The translations under genes and the position numbers were made by a program. From NCBI GenBank assembly GCA_028534125.1, contig CM052817.1, forward strand, positions 108,006,001 through 108,070,000: a DNA stretch of 64,000 bases, given 5' to 3'. Position 1 is the first letter of the stretch, and every line of letters begins with the position of its first letter. Origin of the DNA: Lama glama. Taxonomy: Eukaryota. Below are positions 38,411-51,829 of this stretch, in pieces. Below the pieces are notes generated by a model that saw only the letters and a list, made by a program, of their open reading frames with translations, had not been told where the DNA came from and ran no database searches.

Positions 38411-40409
38411 GCTACAAACTCAAAACACATTAAGGAAAGTTATAAGCAAAGAGCTAGCATAAGGTAGGGGTCCAGCAAAGAAGATCTCACTTTTCCAGTG
38501 TTAAGAGTCATTGCAATTTCTTTGTAAAAAGGACCTGGCACTATTATCTATGTTAAATATGTGTGTGAAATTGTATAGTTCTGCTAATCTTTTAAAATCT
38601 AGTCATTACAGCCATCAAGTTCTGAATTAGACTTGCTGCGTGTTTCTGTATTTAAATATTTGAGTATCTTCATCTGATTACTGCCAGAAGGAGAAAAAAA
38701 AAAAAGGTATAAGGACCTTGCCTTTGCAAATGCAGATGAATAAAGCTTATTTCCTTCTGCGGGCTCCATACGTTACATTAAGTTATTGGGAGCATTTTAT
38801 TAAGTAAATTGGAAAGTTCTGCCGATATCAGAATCAATATTACCAGTGTACCATTTCCCAATTAAAACACTGTTATTTGGGCTGTTTTATTAGTTTTTCA
38901 AAAGGAAGGTGAAGAAGGTAAAATCTATGTAAGAAAAAGAAAGGGAAGACATGATGTGAGGATATTGGGAATGAGAAAAGAGATATTTAATGTTTAACAT
39001 AATATAAATAATAAGTATCATAAGTACAATATATCTAAGTCATGGGCCAAGGGGCTGATTTGTTTTCCAGCTACAGACATCATCCTAACACGCAGGTACA
39101 AACGTTCCTCATCCCATCCACTTTGATTCTCTTAAAGGAACAGATGGTTTCTCCAGTAAAAGTTTGTTGCTTTAAAAACTAGCCATGCACTGAAACAGTG
39201 CAGGGTCCCTCCACCAGAGTCGGACGGGTTATACTTCTAGTAAAGGGGAAAAAAAAGCAGACGAACTTAAATTCTAGGTCAACGTGTACTCTGATGTAGG
39301 TTACTAAAATTTTTTGCTAGCACTGTGAGACATAAATAGCAGACTCAGAAGCGAGGGTCAGAGCCTCAGATTTAAGAAGACCCCCTCTTTTATTGTATTT
39401 CTTTGTGTCTTTTTCCTCTCCTTTGACAGTGTCAGACGCCCCTGCCCCACTTCTGTTCCCTTTCCTGATTCTTTTACTCACAATCACACATCAGGGGGCC
39501 CCGTTACATCTATTTCTTCTCACGATCATTACCCCTGTCTCCGCTTATACCTTGTGTCTGGTGACAGCCTCACACGGGCATCCAGCCTCCAGTCCCGACT
39601 CATCCTCCACTCTTAGTCTAAAATACATTTTTACAGCTCCCACAGGGAAATGCATACATATAGATGCAAGAATCCATAGCTTCTACCCTCCTCAGGCTTA
39701 AACCATCTCTTGGTTTCTAAAACATGGGCTGTGTTCCATGGAAGGCTAACCAGAAATATGGTATAATAAGAAAAGATCGCACACAGGCAACAGAGATCAA
39801 GATTTCAGTACCAATTGGTGAGAGTGCATTAAGCTTCTCATTTGAAGGAGATGCAATGATTCTGTGAAGTTATCAAACAGCATTTAATAAGTTACCTTTT
39901 TCTAGACACTACAATTCCCTGCATAGCTGAAGTGTGAATAACCTCAAAAATGAAATGAAACACTATTTCTTCCCTTTGCTTCATAAAATATTTCAAAACA
40001 TCCTTTTAAATTTCTACTACTATATTCTAATGCCTGTTACTGTACATCAAAACTGCTGTTTGGGGATTCAAACGATGTCCCCACTTTAAAAACCCCTTCT
40101 TTCCAAAAGTATAATCAGGTATATTAATAGGTGGATATATTTGTTTTAAAATCCACTATCTTGGGATTTAGTGTGGTAAAATACATTTCAATTTGCTATT
40201 TTACAAATATTAAAAGACACAAACTCCTATTAATTTTATTATTTCATTTGAAATTAAATCTTTTGTTATTCATCATTGGATTGTAGATGATATTTATAAA
40301 TTATAAACATACATTTTTCACATCCTCATTTTCGTTTTCAAGCGTATTTTGAATTAGAGATATAATATTCACCTGCCTTTTTTTTTTTTGGAGAAAACAA
40401 AGATTCAAT

Positions 40410-40960
40410 AATCACTTACTCAATGTCTCTATCCTTGAGGAATTGATTGTTCAGAAAACAGGTGACATAAATTATGTAATATGGCATGAGTGGTCTGCAA
40501 TTATAAACAACGGTCCAGGACAGCACAGGGGTTGGCTATGAAAAACAATCATGGAAGACTTCTTGGAAGAGGTGATATATATTCTGGGTCTTGCCAAATA
40601 GGTACAAATACTGAGGGTATTGAGAGCCTGTGGATATTCTCTGCAGAATGAGAAGTATGGTCAAATGTATAGAGGTATGAAATAATCCTGTTTTGAAGGA
40701 AAAAGTAGGAGGGTTTTCTTTTTTTATAATTAGACTTCAAGATATGTTTGAATTTTGCTTAAGAATGTGGCTAACAAGAAGAAATGGACTTTGTGTAACT
40801 TGCTGAAGACTTCTTCTCACAGCAGATGGGGAACCAGTAAAATATGAGAGTGAGATATGAAGTTTTGTGTTTTTTTTTTTTTACAAAAAAGATATCCCAG
40901 TAGTATTTTGAATAACTGGTCAGAGGGCAGGCAGTGCAGTCATGAGATGGCTGCAAAATT
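40410..40960 (-). mobile_element. L2 remnant
   Basis: cttgaggaattg...ggaagacttcttggaagaggtgatat...ctgggtcttg...gatggggaaccagt pattern of antisense L2. Confidence 0.55.
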
Positions 40961-41781
40961 TCAGTGAAGGGTGAGGGCTTAGCAGCAGGGGAGGGAGTGA
41001 TGCTTCAGGTCAGGGAGTGGTGAGGCTGTGGATCTGACCAGACATAGCACATATGTGCCAGTGACAGAGGTGTGTCAGTGTGACAAAGATCATAGTCACA
41101 GCTGAGCAGAGTAGGAAGAACACGAGGGGAAGGTGCTTTCTGGAGTACGTGGCTGCAGGTGTCAAGGGGCAGCTGTCGGAGTGAGGCTGCCCTTCCCTTG
41201 AGAGTGATCAAAAGAAAGTTCCAAGTGCTAGGACTGAGATGTCATTTCCCCTACTTTCTCCACCATCAGCAGGACCAAAAAGGAGCCTCAGACACCCATC
41301 CATCTGACCACCCAACCACACACCCTAGACATCTCCATCTGCCTTGAGTCAACCAGGACTGAATTTATCACGCCTTTCATGTCCCTTTTTATGTCAGTCA
41401 CTGAAACAACACTCGACGCACAGGTCCCTCTCCACCTGATGTGCACTGAGCTCCTTCAGGCTCTAGGCATTGCCTTTGTGGTCCTTTCTGACCAAACCTC
41501 CAACTGCTGAAATTATTTACTATGCCCTAGAGAATTTCTGCTCCATCATCAGTAAAATTTCTATTTCCAAATCTGTCCTGAGCATTCCTTTCACTTACTT
41601 AGTCTGATAAGAACATCGTTGTCCCCTAAAGAAACTCCTTCCCTGGCTGTCTTCTGAACTGCGACATTTTCCTCCAGTTGCCTTCATACTATAGTCAATT
41701 ACAGACCATTTTTTTCCATCATCTTTTTCTTTCACCTCCTCCAGCTTTGAATCTCATGCATCCATCAGAGTTTATTATCCA

Positions 41782-42281
41782 NNNNNNNNNNNNNNNNNNN
41801 NNNNNNNNNNNNNNNNNNNNNNNNNNNNNNNNNNNNNNNNNNNNNNNNNNNNNNNNNNNNNNNNNNNNNNNNNNNNNNNNNNNNNNNNNNNNNNNNNNNN
41901 NNNNNNNNNNNNNNNNNNNNNNNNNNNNNNNNNNNNNNNNNNNNNNNNNNNNNNNNNNNNNNNNNNNNNNNNNNNNNNNNNNNNNNNNNNNNNNNNNNNN
42001 NNNNNNNNNNNNNNNNNNNNNNNNNNNNNNNNNNNNNNNNNNNNNNNNNNNNNNNNNNNNNNNNNNNNNNNNNNNNNNNNNNNNNNNNNNNNNNNNNNNN
42101 NNNNNNNNNNNNNNNNNNNNNNNNNNNNNNNNNNNNNNNNNNNNNNNNNNNNNNNNNNNNNNNNNNNNNNNNNNNNNNNNNNNNNNNNNNNNNNNNNNNN
42201 NNNNNNNNNNNNNNNNNNNNNNNNNNNNNNNNNNNNNNNNNNNNNNNNNNNNNNNNNNNNNNNNNNNNNNNNNNNNNNNNN
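41782..42281. other. assembly gap (500 N)
   Basis: Run of exactly 500 N. Confidence 1.
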
Positions 42282-42849
42282 ATGACAAATCCTTTGAATT
42301 GACTATATTTAAAAGAAAACAAATTTTCTTAGAGCCCTCTCATCCTAAACAATCATCTTATCAGAACCTATGAAAAGACCAAATTAAAAAGTGGACCCAA
42401 AGAAGTGCAACAGCCAGCCTTAGGGACTCTCTCAGCAAGACGAAAGAACAGAAACTAGACTTGGAACAAAAACTGAAGTTTCTAGCCAACATTGCTTACC
42501 CTTCTTAAAAGCTGGCCCTGTCTCCTCAGCAAATTCCCTTAGCTTCCAATGTCTTCCACCTTCCCCAGAAAATCTCTTATACAAACTGCTGCCTAATTTA
42601 ACTACTCCTTCCCTGCAAGATTTACAGAGAACACTCGGGCCTGACCTCCAGGCCTGCGGTGTATACTTACTTAAGTGCTGAGTGTCAGGAGGTAAATTTA
42701 GCAGGAGCCTGGGATGAAGGCTGGCTTTGCTGGGCTCTACAGTCAGGCCCAGTCAATTTCCAGATTTCCTATGCAATGTCTTTTGCAAACACATCTCAGG
42801 GTCTCTCCCAAAGAATTCATGCCCCGCTACTCCCCCAGTAGATCATTGT

Positions 42850-43972
42850 AATCATAAAGCCCTTTTACCTCCCCTTTCAGAAGAGCCTACCACATTCAGA
42901 GAGGAGCTGGAAAGATTAGCAGCCATTTAACCTCATCACAGAGACCCTGACTGTCTGCTAACAGGAATTCTTCCCACCTGCAATTATACTGTAGTTATCA
43001 GACAAACCAGACTGGGGAAACAAAAAATCCTCACCCAAGAAACAGATGACTGGAAACTCTCCCAGGCCCTCCTGCACAGGACCAGGACGTGGCTCAGTGG
43101 GAGGCTGAAATCCAGGGACTGAAAGAAACATCAGTCTCAACTTTCTCCATCAAGGTGCATTGGCCTAAGATTGAATTGTGCACTCACAAATAAGTGAAGC
43201 CTCCAAAGGTCTCCGCTGAACACTTTATACAGACTTTTCAAAGGTGTGCTGCACTAAATCCTGAAGCTCATTTCCAGGACACGCAAATCTCTTAATCTGC
43301 ACCTTAGACGGAAATTTTCTCCCTGATATAAAAAAACTCAAAATACTATGGATGAGTCAGCTAGTCAACCTCTAAGTGTAACAGAGAAGAACAGATCTGA
43401 CTCCACACTGAATCTATCCCTTTACCTCCAACCCTGGGCTCTGTTTCCTGGGCTCAGTCATGCTGGTTCTGCACCTTTTGTAAAAGGATGTTGCCTGGAG
43501 CCTGACATAGACAGGAGAGCCCATCCTCAAGGCTCTGACCTTTAAGGGGGTAACACTTTTCTATTCATACAAAGATAAAAAGTTTCAGAACAGGGAATAA
43601 CATTTGTCTTACTAGAGGTTTCCAGGGGCACCACAACCTGACCCATGTGGACACCTGCAAGAACAAAGGATTCTGACACCAAGAAGTTTGCAGCAAACAA
43701 CCACACACCCTCCCCTTTTAGTATAAAAGGAGCCTGAATTCTGACTTGAGGAAGATGGTTCTCCAGGACGTTAGTCCCCCATCTTCTCAGTCTGCTGGTT
43801 ATCCAAACAGAGTTGCTATTCTTTGCCCCAACACCTCCTCTCTTGATTTATCGTCCTGTCATTGGGCAAGCAGAATGAGTCTTGACTTGGTAACATAAGC
43901 ATTGTAATGAAAGCAGCTAACCAGTTCTTTGAAGAAAGCTTCCAGAAGTGCAAGAGAAAAAAGTTAAAATAA
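42850..43972 (+). pseudogene. gag: decayed gammaretroviral-type gag (capsid region), split by a solo LTR
   Basis: Frameshifted peptides ALLPPLSEEPTTFREELERL; KVHWPKIELCTHK*VKPPKVSAEHFIQTFQRCAALNPE (MHR-like, from 43152); GNFLPDIKKL; SQPLS|IVMKAANQFFEE. Confidence 0.65.
43377..43895 (+). mobile_element. ERV1 solo LTR, family A
   Basis: TGTAACA...GGTAACA termini, TATA (gtataaaagg), perfect 4-bp TSD TAAG (43373-76 / 43896-99). Confidence 0.95.
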
Positions 43973-46900
43973 AAAGTTCTTGATTTCCAACTTGAATCTT
44001 TAGAGAAACAAAAGCATAACTCTGAGAGCAGCACAAAGTCCACTCAGATCTTTTCTTTAATTTGCGTTCAGTAATTTACAGATATTGTAAAAAATCAAGA
44101 CATTAGAAGTAACAATTATCATGCACATAGGAAAAAGAAGCAAATATTTAAATAGTAATTACCCTAGACTTCTGATAACAGACAAATATACTCCAGGACT
44201 CCTAGTCTTGGAGAAAACTTGCATTCTTCCTCTGTCCCTTGAACATGTAAATATTACCGTATCTTTGAAATGTAAACACTCCAAGGGGTAACTAAAACAA
44301 TGCTCACTTTCACCTTAGACTGAAGGAACAAAAGAAAAACTGTTTTTGTTTTTTTTTTTAATACAAATTGTTAAAAAGTCTCCCTTGCCAAAATCTAGCT
44401 TATAGCCTTCAAAAGATTACTTGTCAAGGTCAAATACATATCTTAAAAAACTTCTTTATAAATAGTAAAAAGCTTAGCTATAAGAGCAGGTAAAAATTAA
44501 ACTATTCCAACTGTTATTTATAAACTAGTGAGTTTCATATTGTTACACCTGACTTCTAGCTAAAATTTTAAAATGAAAGCTACAAGGTTCTGTTTTTGTC
44601 TGTCTGCATGTTTGTGTATGTCTACAGATGTATGTTATAAATGTATATGTGACACTTCACTACCTTCTGGTGGTATTACCGAAATTAATTCATAAGAAAT
44701 CTCCAATTAATTGGCTTAAAATAACTGCTTATTAATTAAGTGTTCCTAAAACTAAGAAATATAAAAACTAACACAATTTTTTTTTTTAATTCAGGTGGCC
44801 TGTGAAAATCTTTGGTAAATAAAATCTAGTTTAAGTTTGTCAGTTTAATTAATACAGACATGTCTTTGGAGCTAACAGCATTAAGTATAATACTTCAGCT
44901 AGGTTTACTGAAAGTCAAGTAAACTCATGCTGTATCTGTTGCAAAGTTTGTCAGCAAGAAAAATTACTTAAGATGATGGCTGGCTACTTTGATGGCTCAT
45001 GAAATTTTCATGAGTAATCTAGATATGACTGTTGGAAACAAGTGAATTAAATAGATGTAAATGGGAAAGGAATTTAAGGGAACTTTTCAACAATAATTAT
45101 GTTTCGGAATATGTCTGCTTAAATAGCTTCCCAAGCATCTCTGGTAACTTTTACACTTAGAATTTTGCTAAGTTGAATTAAATGATAGCAATTTATTGAC
45201 TACCTAAATCATTTCCAAATAAGATAAAACACAGCAACATTAATTACTATACAGAGGCTGGTAAACTGTTTAGTTTCCTTTTTACAGAGGAACTAAAAAT
45301 ATTTGAATCTATTAGTAAATACGTATAGGGACATATTAAAAATTTGTACTATAAATAAGCATATGTCTCTAGAAATCATGAAATAAATTCATAAATTTGC
45401 TAATCTAAAGAATGCTGGTGTAACATTATTGCTTACCTCTTTGGTAAGGTTTCTAAAAGGTTAAGAAATCTAATTAATATATGTAATTAAAACTACTAAA
45501 ATAATAAGGGGAAATCTCTGTATGCAAGAAAAGAAAGACGTGTGTTTTTAGTAAGGGAAAGATGAGAAATGAAGCTGCATTTTTGTTTAGGGAAAATAAA
45601 GTAATTTTGTCCTAGAATGAAGCTAGTTATTTCAGGATGGGAAACAGGAAAAACATGGGGCACAACTTGAACATAAAAAAGAAAGTGGTAGAAGAACTGT
45701 GAAAAAAAGAATTGTGGGAAAGAAATTTTATGTATGGTCAAGAAGGCTAAGATAATTTTTCTGGAAAGGAATGAATTTTAATATCAAAAGCACATTGATA
45801 AAAATCAGAATTTGGCTTTCTCCTGCTACTAAAAGGACCAATTTTATTAGATTATCGGTCCGCTCATACTAAAACAAATGAACAAAGATTTTCATTTACC
45901 TTTTAAGTAATCTGCTTGTTAAACAAAGACTTTGTGTCTTACTAACCGTACTTCACACTGTCATCATCAGGTCTTTGATGACTTACACGCAAGTGTTCGC
46001 TATTATAAAACTAAGTTTAGCTTATAATTATGTAATTTTCTGTATTTGCCTGTGAAATCCTTGATTGTCACTTTGGTTCAATAGATAAGCATTGATTCTA
46101 TTGTCCGATTTTACCTAACCAAGTGTCTTAAACTTTTTTGACATTTTCGACAAACTTCTCAAAATCAAATTCTAAATGGAGTTTTTCTTTTTCTTAATTT
46201 GGAAGTAAGCTGGGATTTTCCAGAGGCTCCTCAGAACATCTCAAACTATTTGTTTCTTTTCCTTATTAAAATCTTTGAAATGTTAACTCAATAGGGGTTA
46301 TTTGGTATGTTAAAATACATGGGAAGCATTGTCCAGTAATAAATTACTACTAAGCCTTCTTTATGTTGTATTTGTCTAGGTATATGTTCTAACTGCTGCA
46401 TAGAAATTGTATGAAATTCCTAGAAATCTGGCATATCCTATTATAATCCTAGTACAATGCTATCACTTGTAATTCTTGTTACTATCTTAAGATGTATTAT
46501 CACAGAAGTAGCCAAAGTTCCTTGTCAATAGCATTGTGATGAGCTCTCATCAGATCTTCAACCCTGGGCATTTTAAAAGTTTTTGTCATCTATAGAATCT
46601 GTGGTTTCACTCTGATGGTTTTGCAAAAGTGTTTTATCTTCAGAGAGATTCATGAAAAAGACTCTTACAAGTACGTTAGAATACAGGTTTCTTATAACTT
46701 TCAGATTACGCTATTGAACTGGGAAGAATTTACAGAACTCTAAGGAAAAACTGAATTCCCCAAACTGCTAACAAAAAAATTAAGGCTAGCAAGATTTAAT
46801 TACATGGGGCTAAGTTAACAGATAAGGGAAATTATAATTTCTTATGACTCTTTTGATTGAAACATTGCTGGCTTTATAATGTTTTGTGTCTCCAGGTTTA

Positions 46901-47265
46901 AGGAAATTTTTCTTCTTTTCCCTTAAGCTACCTGCCCTCGCTTCATCGAAAGATGCTTTGAGACTGATGGGTAAAAATCTTTACTACCGTCTTCAGAACT
47001 CAGAAACTGGGATAATAGTTTGCTCTGATTGTTAACCATTGTTTTCCTTTTATTTCCATTAAAATGCCTTATTAAACACCTGATTTCTCAAACAATGTAG
47101 TTCTAACTTTGGGAGATGAGCTGCATGATCATATCCTAAAATGAGACACAACTGTTTAACTGAAATAACTTATTTTCAAGTCTAAAATATGAATTCAATG
47201 AAACAATGGGATTGTTCTTCCAACTCAGCCTCTAGATTGTGAAACTTCTTGATGTTTCAAAGGAA

Positions 47266-48210
47266 CAGGAACAAAATATGCTGCTCTAAAATATGCCACT
47301 TTGGCATGTTAATTTTTTTAACATTTTTTATTGATTTATAATCATTTTACAATGTTGTGTCAAATTCCAGTGTAGAGCACAATTTTTCAGTTATACATGA
47401 ACATATATATATTCATTGTCACATTTTTTTCTCCATTAGATCTTGTGTATATATTTCCCTGTGCTATACAGTATAATCTTGTTTATCTATTCTACAATTT
47501 TGAAATCCCAGTCTATCTCTTCCCACCCCCCACCCCCTTGGCAACCACAAGTTTGTATTCTATGTCTGTAAGTCTGTTTCTGTTTTGTATTTATGCTTTG
47601 TTTATTTATTTGTTTGTTTGTTTTTAGATTCCACATATAAGTGATCTCATATGGTATTTTTCATTCCTCTTTCTGGCTTACTTCACTTAGAATGACATTC
47701 TCCAGGAGCATCCATGTTGCTGCAAATGGCGTTATGCTGTAAGTTTTTATGGCTGAGTAAGCATATTAATTATTTTGAATAAAAGTTACTTGAAGAAAAG
47801 AAGGTGCAAGAATGACACCAGGACCCTCTTTTGTCCCCTGAAAGCAGGAAATAAATGTCCCATGTGAAAGGTACCCTCACTGTATCAGGAGGTAGAGACC
47901 CATACTTCTCCCAGAGATGGGGATTTCAGGGCAAAGAAGGCTGGATAAACAAACCTTGTGACTTTTGCACTAATTCGCTACTCCAAGCCCAAACCCCTTC
48001 GCTTTGTCAACTGTTCACAAATTTATTGTTTCTTTGTATGAAAGACATAAAACTGCCTGCTTTGGTCACTTACTTGAGTCTCATATTTTATGAGTTCCCA
48101 TATATAATCAATTTGTTTTTCTCCTGTTAATCTGTCTTACATCAATTTAGCTACTAGACTGGCCAAAGGACCCAAAAGGAAAGAAAGGGAAAGTTTTTCT
48201 CCTCTATACA
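47266..48210 (+). mobile_element. MER34-like LTR (3' LTR of the provirus), interrupted by an L1
   Basis: aaaatatgccactttggcat...attattttga...; 3' end tttctcctgttaatctgtctt...aagtttttctcctctataca. Confidence 0.85.
47315..47760 (-). mobile_element. young camelid-type L1 3' end
   Basis: ttttttattgatttataatcattttacaatgttgtgtcaaattccagtgtagagcacaatttttcag; TSD gcatgttaatt (47304-14) / gcatattaatt (47761-71). Confidence 0.93.
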
Positions 48211-50480
48211 TGTAACTAGTTATTTTTTTTCCTTTACTTAATATTATGTCCTTACATTTCAACGGTGTTGATGTTTGTGAGTACAGATCATTCCCATTCT
48301 CTGCTGTATAGTATTCAATTAATGAGTGGACCATAATGTATCCATTATCAAATTGATACATTTGGTAGACGTTTGAATTGGTTCCAGTTTGACATTACAT
48401 ATATTGCTGCATTAACCATGAATGTCTAAATCATCTGAACATTTGCAAGAATCTCTTTGGATGTGTACTTAGCTTCTGAATCATAAGTTATGAACCAATT
48501 TTGACATATGTAGATAATGTCAACCAATTGTTCACAGTGTTTCTATATAAATTTATAAGCCAATAAGAAAAGAGTAAGCATGTCTTTGCTCCACATCCTT
48601 ATATTTATCAGACTTTTAAATTCCTGCCAGTGTAGTGGTTAAACGATATCTCATTGTGGTCTTAATTTCTAATCCTCTAATTTCTACTGAGGTCGAGAAA
48701 TTATTTTTCTACTTTTTTTCTTTGTTATTTGTAAGATACACATGTGTACATCTACTTAGGGCTTCTTTTATGGTTTCCTATACTATTTTGGAATTTTATA
48801 CATCAAAATATTGTATAAATTTTGTTAGATTCAATCCTCAGTAGTTAAAAAGTTGTGATTGCTAGTATAAGTATAGTCTATAAAAAATTACATACTCTGT
48901 TTTTTCTGATAGATGAAATGTAACTATTCTTGTGCACTGAGTGTCTAAAACCTTTACTAAGCTCTCTAATCCTGATTGCTTATCTATATTTTCATCTAGA
49001 TTTCTATAGAAATCTTTCTGCCATGTGAAGATAATGGCAACTTGATTTATTTTCCAATATTTTAACATTTAATACGTTTATTCCTGCAATTAAAACTTAT
49101 TTGGCTAGGAGGTATATTTATTTCTCAATAAATTGCTGCATTTGGGAGCTAATGTTCTGCTTAGAATTTTCACATCTGTGCTTATAATTAAGCTTTAGCT
49201 GTAGTGCTATCTTAGTATTTCTTTTTTTTTTTTTTTACTGATTTTGATATCAATGCTATATTTGTCTCATGAAATAAGCTGTAGATTGTTCACATTTCCT
49301 GTTCTTTGGACAATTGGTTTAATATCACAGTCTATTTATTCTCTAAATGTTTTTCAGACCCACTGATAATGCCGTTTGTCAGTTGTTTTTCATTTGTGGG
49401 AAGATTTTTTTACTACTGATTCAATTACTCTAATGGTTATCTACCTCAAGTTTCATATTTCTTCTTCAGTTAATTTTGGTAATGGAATTGTCCATTTTAC
49501 CTAAGTTTCAAGATGCACTGACATCAGGTTAATGATACTTTCTTATATTTATTTCTGCAGCATCTGGCATTATGTCCTCTTTGCACTTCTGGTGGAGTTT
49601 ATTTATATTACTTATTTTTGCTTGATTAATCTTGCTAGTGGTTGATTCTATTTATTTTATTTTACACTTGAGAATAAACTTTGGCTAATGTGATTCTAAA
49701 TAGTATATGTTGGTTTTGTTATTTATTATTTTTCTGTATTTTTGTTTTTCCTTCCTTTTACTTTCTTAATTTTTATTCATTAATCTCCAGATTTTTTTTC
49801 ATATTCAATCTATACATTTCCTTTTAGCATTACCTTAACTGCATCCCACAAGTATTGATGTGGACTGCTTTTGTTATTTGTCAGCTCTAAATATGTCCTA
49901 ATTTCCATTATGATTTTAAATTCAGTAAGAAATTTTTTCTTAGTATAGATTATTTTTTAAATTAGGTGGGATTTTTTTTTTTTTACTTTTTAAAATTATT
50001 TTATCAGCCTAATTACCTTGTCAGTAAACATCCTCTGAAGGGTATCAGTCTTGAAATTTGGTCAGGTTTACTCAATGTAACAAAATCCACGTTGAAGAAG
50101 CTCTCAGAGTGCTTGAAAAGAATGAACATTCTTAAGTTGTTTCAGACAATATTATTTATGTCTTAGCAATCAATTTTATATTTCATGAATTCTATTCTTA
50201 CGTTTATTACTTCCTTTCTTCTGCTTACGTAATGTTAAATTTGTTCTTTGTTTTCTATATTCTTAAGGGAAAAAGTTCACGTTATTGACTCCACACTTTT
50301 TTTAACAGACATTCAGCACTCTAAACATCTCTCTAAGAAGTACTTTAGTCACGTAGCACAAGTTTTGATTTGTTGTGTGTGTTCCCATTTTTTTCATTAT
50401 TCTCTTTAAAAATTTCTAATTTGTTTTAATATTGCCATTGACCTATAGCTAATTTAGAAGTATGTTTTCTAGTTTCTAAA
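48211..50480 (-). mobile_element. old L1M remnants
   Basis: T-rich antisense L1 tracts (atctcattgtggtcttaattt; tttttttactactgattcaatt; aactgcatcccacaagtattgatgtg). Confidence 0.75.
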
Positions 50481-50481
50481 T

Positions 50482-50755
50482 ACATTCTCACCAGCAGTGT
50501 AGGAGGGTTCCCTTTTCTACACAGCCTCTCCAGTGTTTGTTTGTCATTTGTGGGCTTTTGAATGATGGCCATTCTGACTGGTGTGAGGTGCTACCTCACT
50601 GTAGGTCTGATTTGCATTTCTCTGATAAGTAGCAATATTGAGCATATTTTCATGTGCCTGTTGGTCTCTCCAAAGAAGACATCCAGGTTTTCTTTGGAGA
50701 GATGTTTATTTAGGTCTTCTGCCCATTTTTGATTGTGTTGCTTGCTTTTTGTTTC
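50482..50755 (-). mobile_element. younger L1 internal fragment
   Basis: acattctcaccagcagtgtaggagggttcccttttct...gatttgcatttctctgata...taggtcttctgcccatttttgatt. Confidence 0.9.
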
Positions 50756-50842
50756 TTTTTTTTTTTAATTTAATGGAGATACCAGGGATTGAACCCGGGA
50801 CCTCATGCATGCTAAGCACATGCGCCACCACTGAGCTCCACC
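50756..50842 (-). mobile_element. Vic-1-type tRNA-Ala-derived SINE
   Basis: Reverse complement GGTGGAGCTCAGTGGTGGCGCATGTGCTTAGCATGCATGAGGTCCCGGGTTCAATCCCTGGTATCTCCATTAAA plus A-tail; A and B boxes present. Confidence 0.9.
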
Positions 50843-51829
50843 TTGACTTCTGGAGACCATCTTAATTACTACCAAGCTTGATCTTTAACTTGAATGCAGC
50901 ATGAGTAAATGCCCTCACGGAAGAAGAGAGCCAGCCAGCATCCACTTGTCTCCGAAGGTCTCTTACCTCCCTACAATTTTACTTTGTGGCTTCTCCAGAC
51001 TTCCGATGCCTTCAAAATATCACTTTTGTAATGTATCTATGTTTTCTAGTTGTTGCACTGAGAGCAATATCTGCTGTTACCTGCTACATCCTGTCTGGAA
51101 GGCAAATGTTTTATCTTAATATATTTGTCATTCTAAAGGTTCAATTTGGTCCCTTTTCAAACCTCTTGGTTCATTTTTATGGGCTCTTTTCTCCTTAATT
51201 GTATTTTCAATTTCCTCATATTTCACAATATACATTATATTTGAAAATTCTATTGATAATGTCTGCTTAAAAGTGTTGAGGGAAATAATGCCTCATGCTT
51301 TAATATACCTGGAAAGAAATTCATAATCCTCAGAGGTTAAATATAAAATGAAAGCAGGAATCCATAAAGGTAGAAATAACCCAAAAGTTGGCTTTTCTTC
51401 AAAGCAGAATCACAATTTATGATTAAATAACTTACACTCTATTGTATCCATTATAGGAAAGTAGAAAATATCTTTAAGAAAAGAGTGTGTGGAAAGTGGA
51501 TTAAATGAGGGGGAAATTATTTTTCCAATCATGAAGAATATATTCAGAGGTACAGAGTCTTTCATGTACCATCTATTCTAAAAGAGAAAATTCTCATCAC
51601 CCATGGAACAAAATATTTGGGTTTTGTCATAAAAACCCCTCTACATTGCAGCCTCTGTCCACCTGTTCCATTTCTAGTCAGTTTCTCTGTTGTACTTAAC
51701 ACTGTCCTTTCACTGTTTATATTTTTACATGCTTCATGTGATTTCACATCCAGCACCTCTGCTTGCTATTCTGTTAGTCTGATCATTCCTTCATCCTAAT
51801 TCCTATGGATAATTCACACTGTGGATGTG

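Larger units (their letters stand above)
42282..47262 (+). mobile_element. ERV1 internal region (MER34/MER4-group-like, non-autonomous), 5' end lost in the gap
   Basis: Decayed gag at about 42800-43970, then about 3 kb of AT-rich filler with no recognisable pol/env, abutting a MER34-like LTR. Confidence 0.75.

Noticed and set aside
41678..42373. 185-231 aa ORFs in the ORF track
   Set aside because: Artefacts of the second N gap.
50770..50842. tRNA-Ala-like sequence (also 52593-52667)
   Set aside because: A-rich tails, a TSD on one copy and broken stems identify these as SINEs, not tRNA genes.
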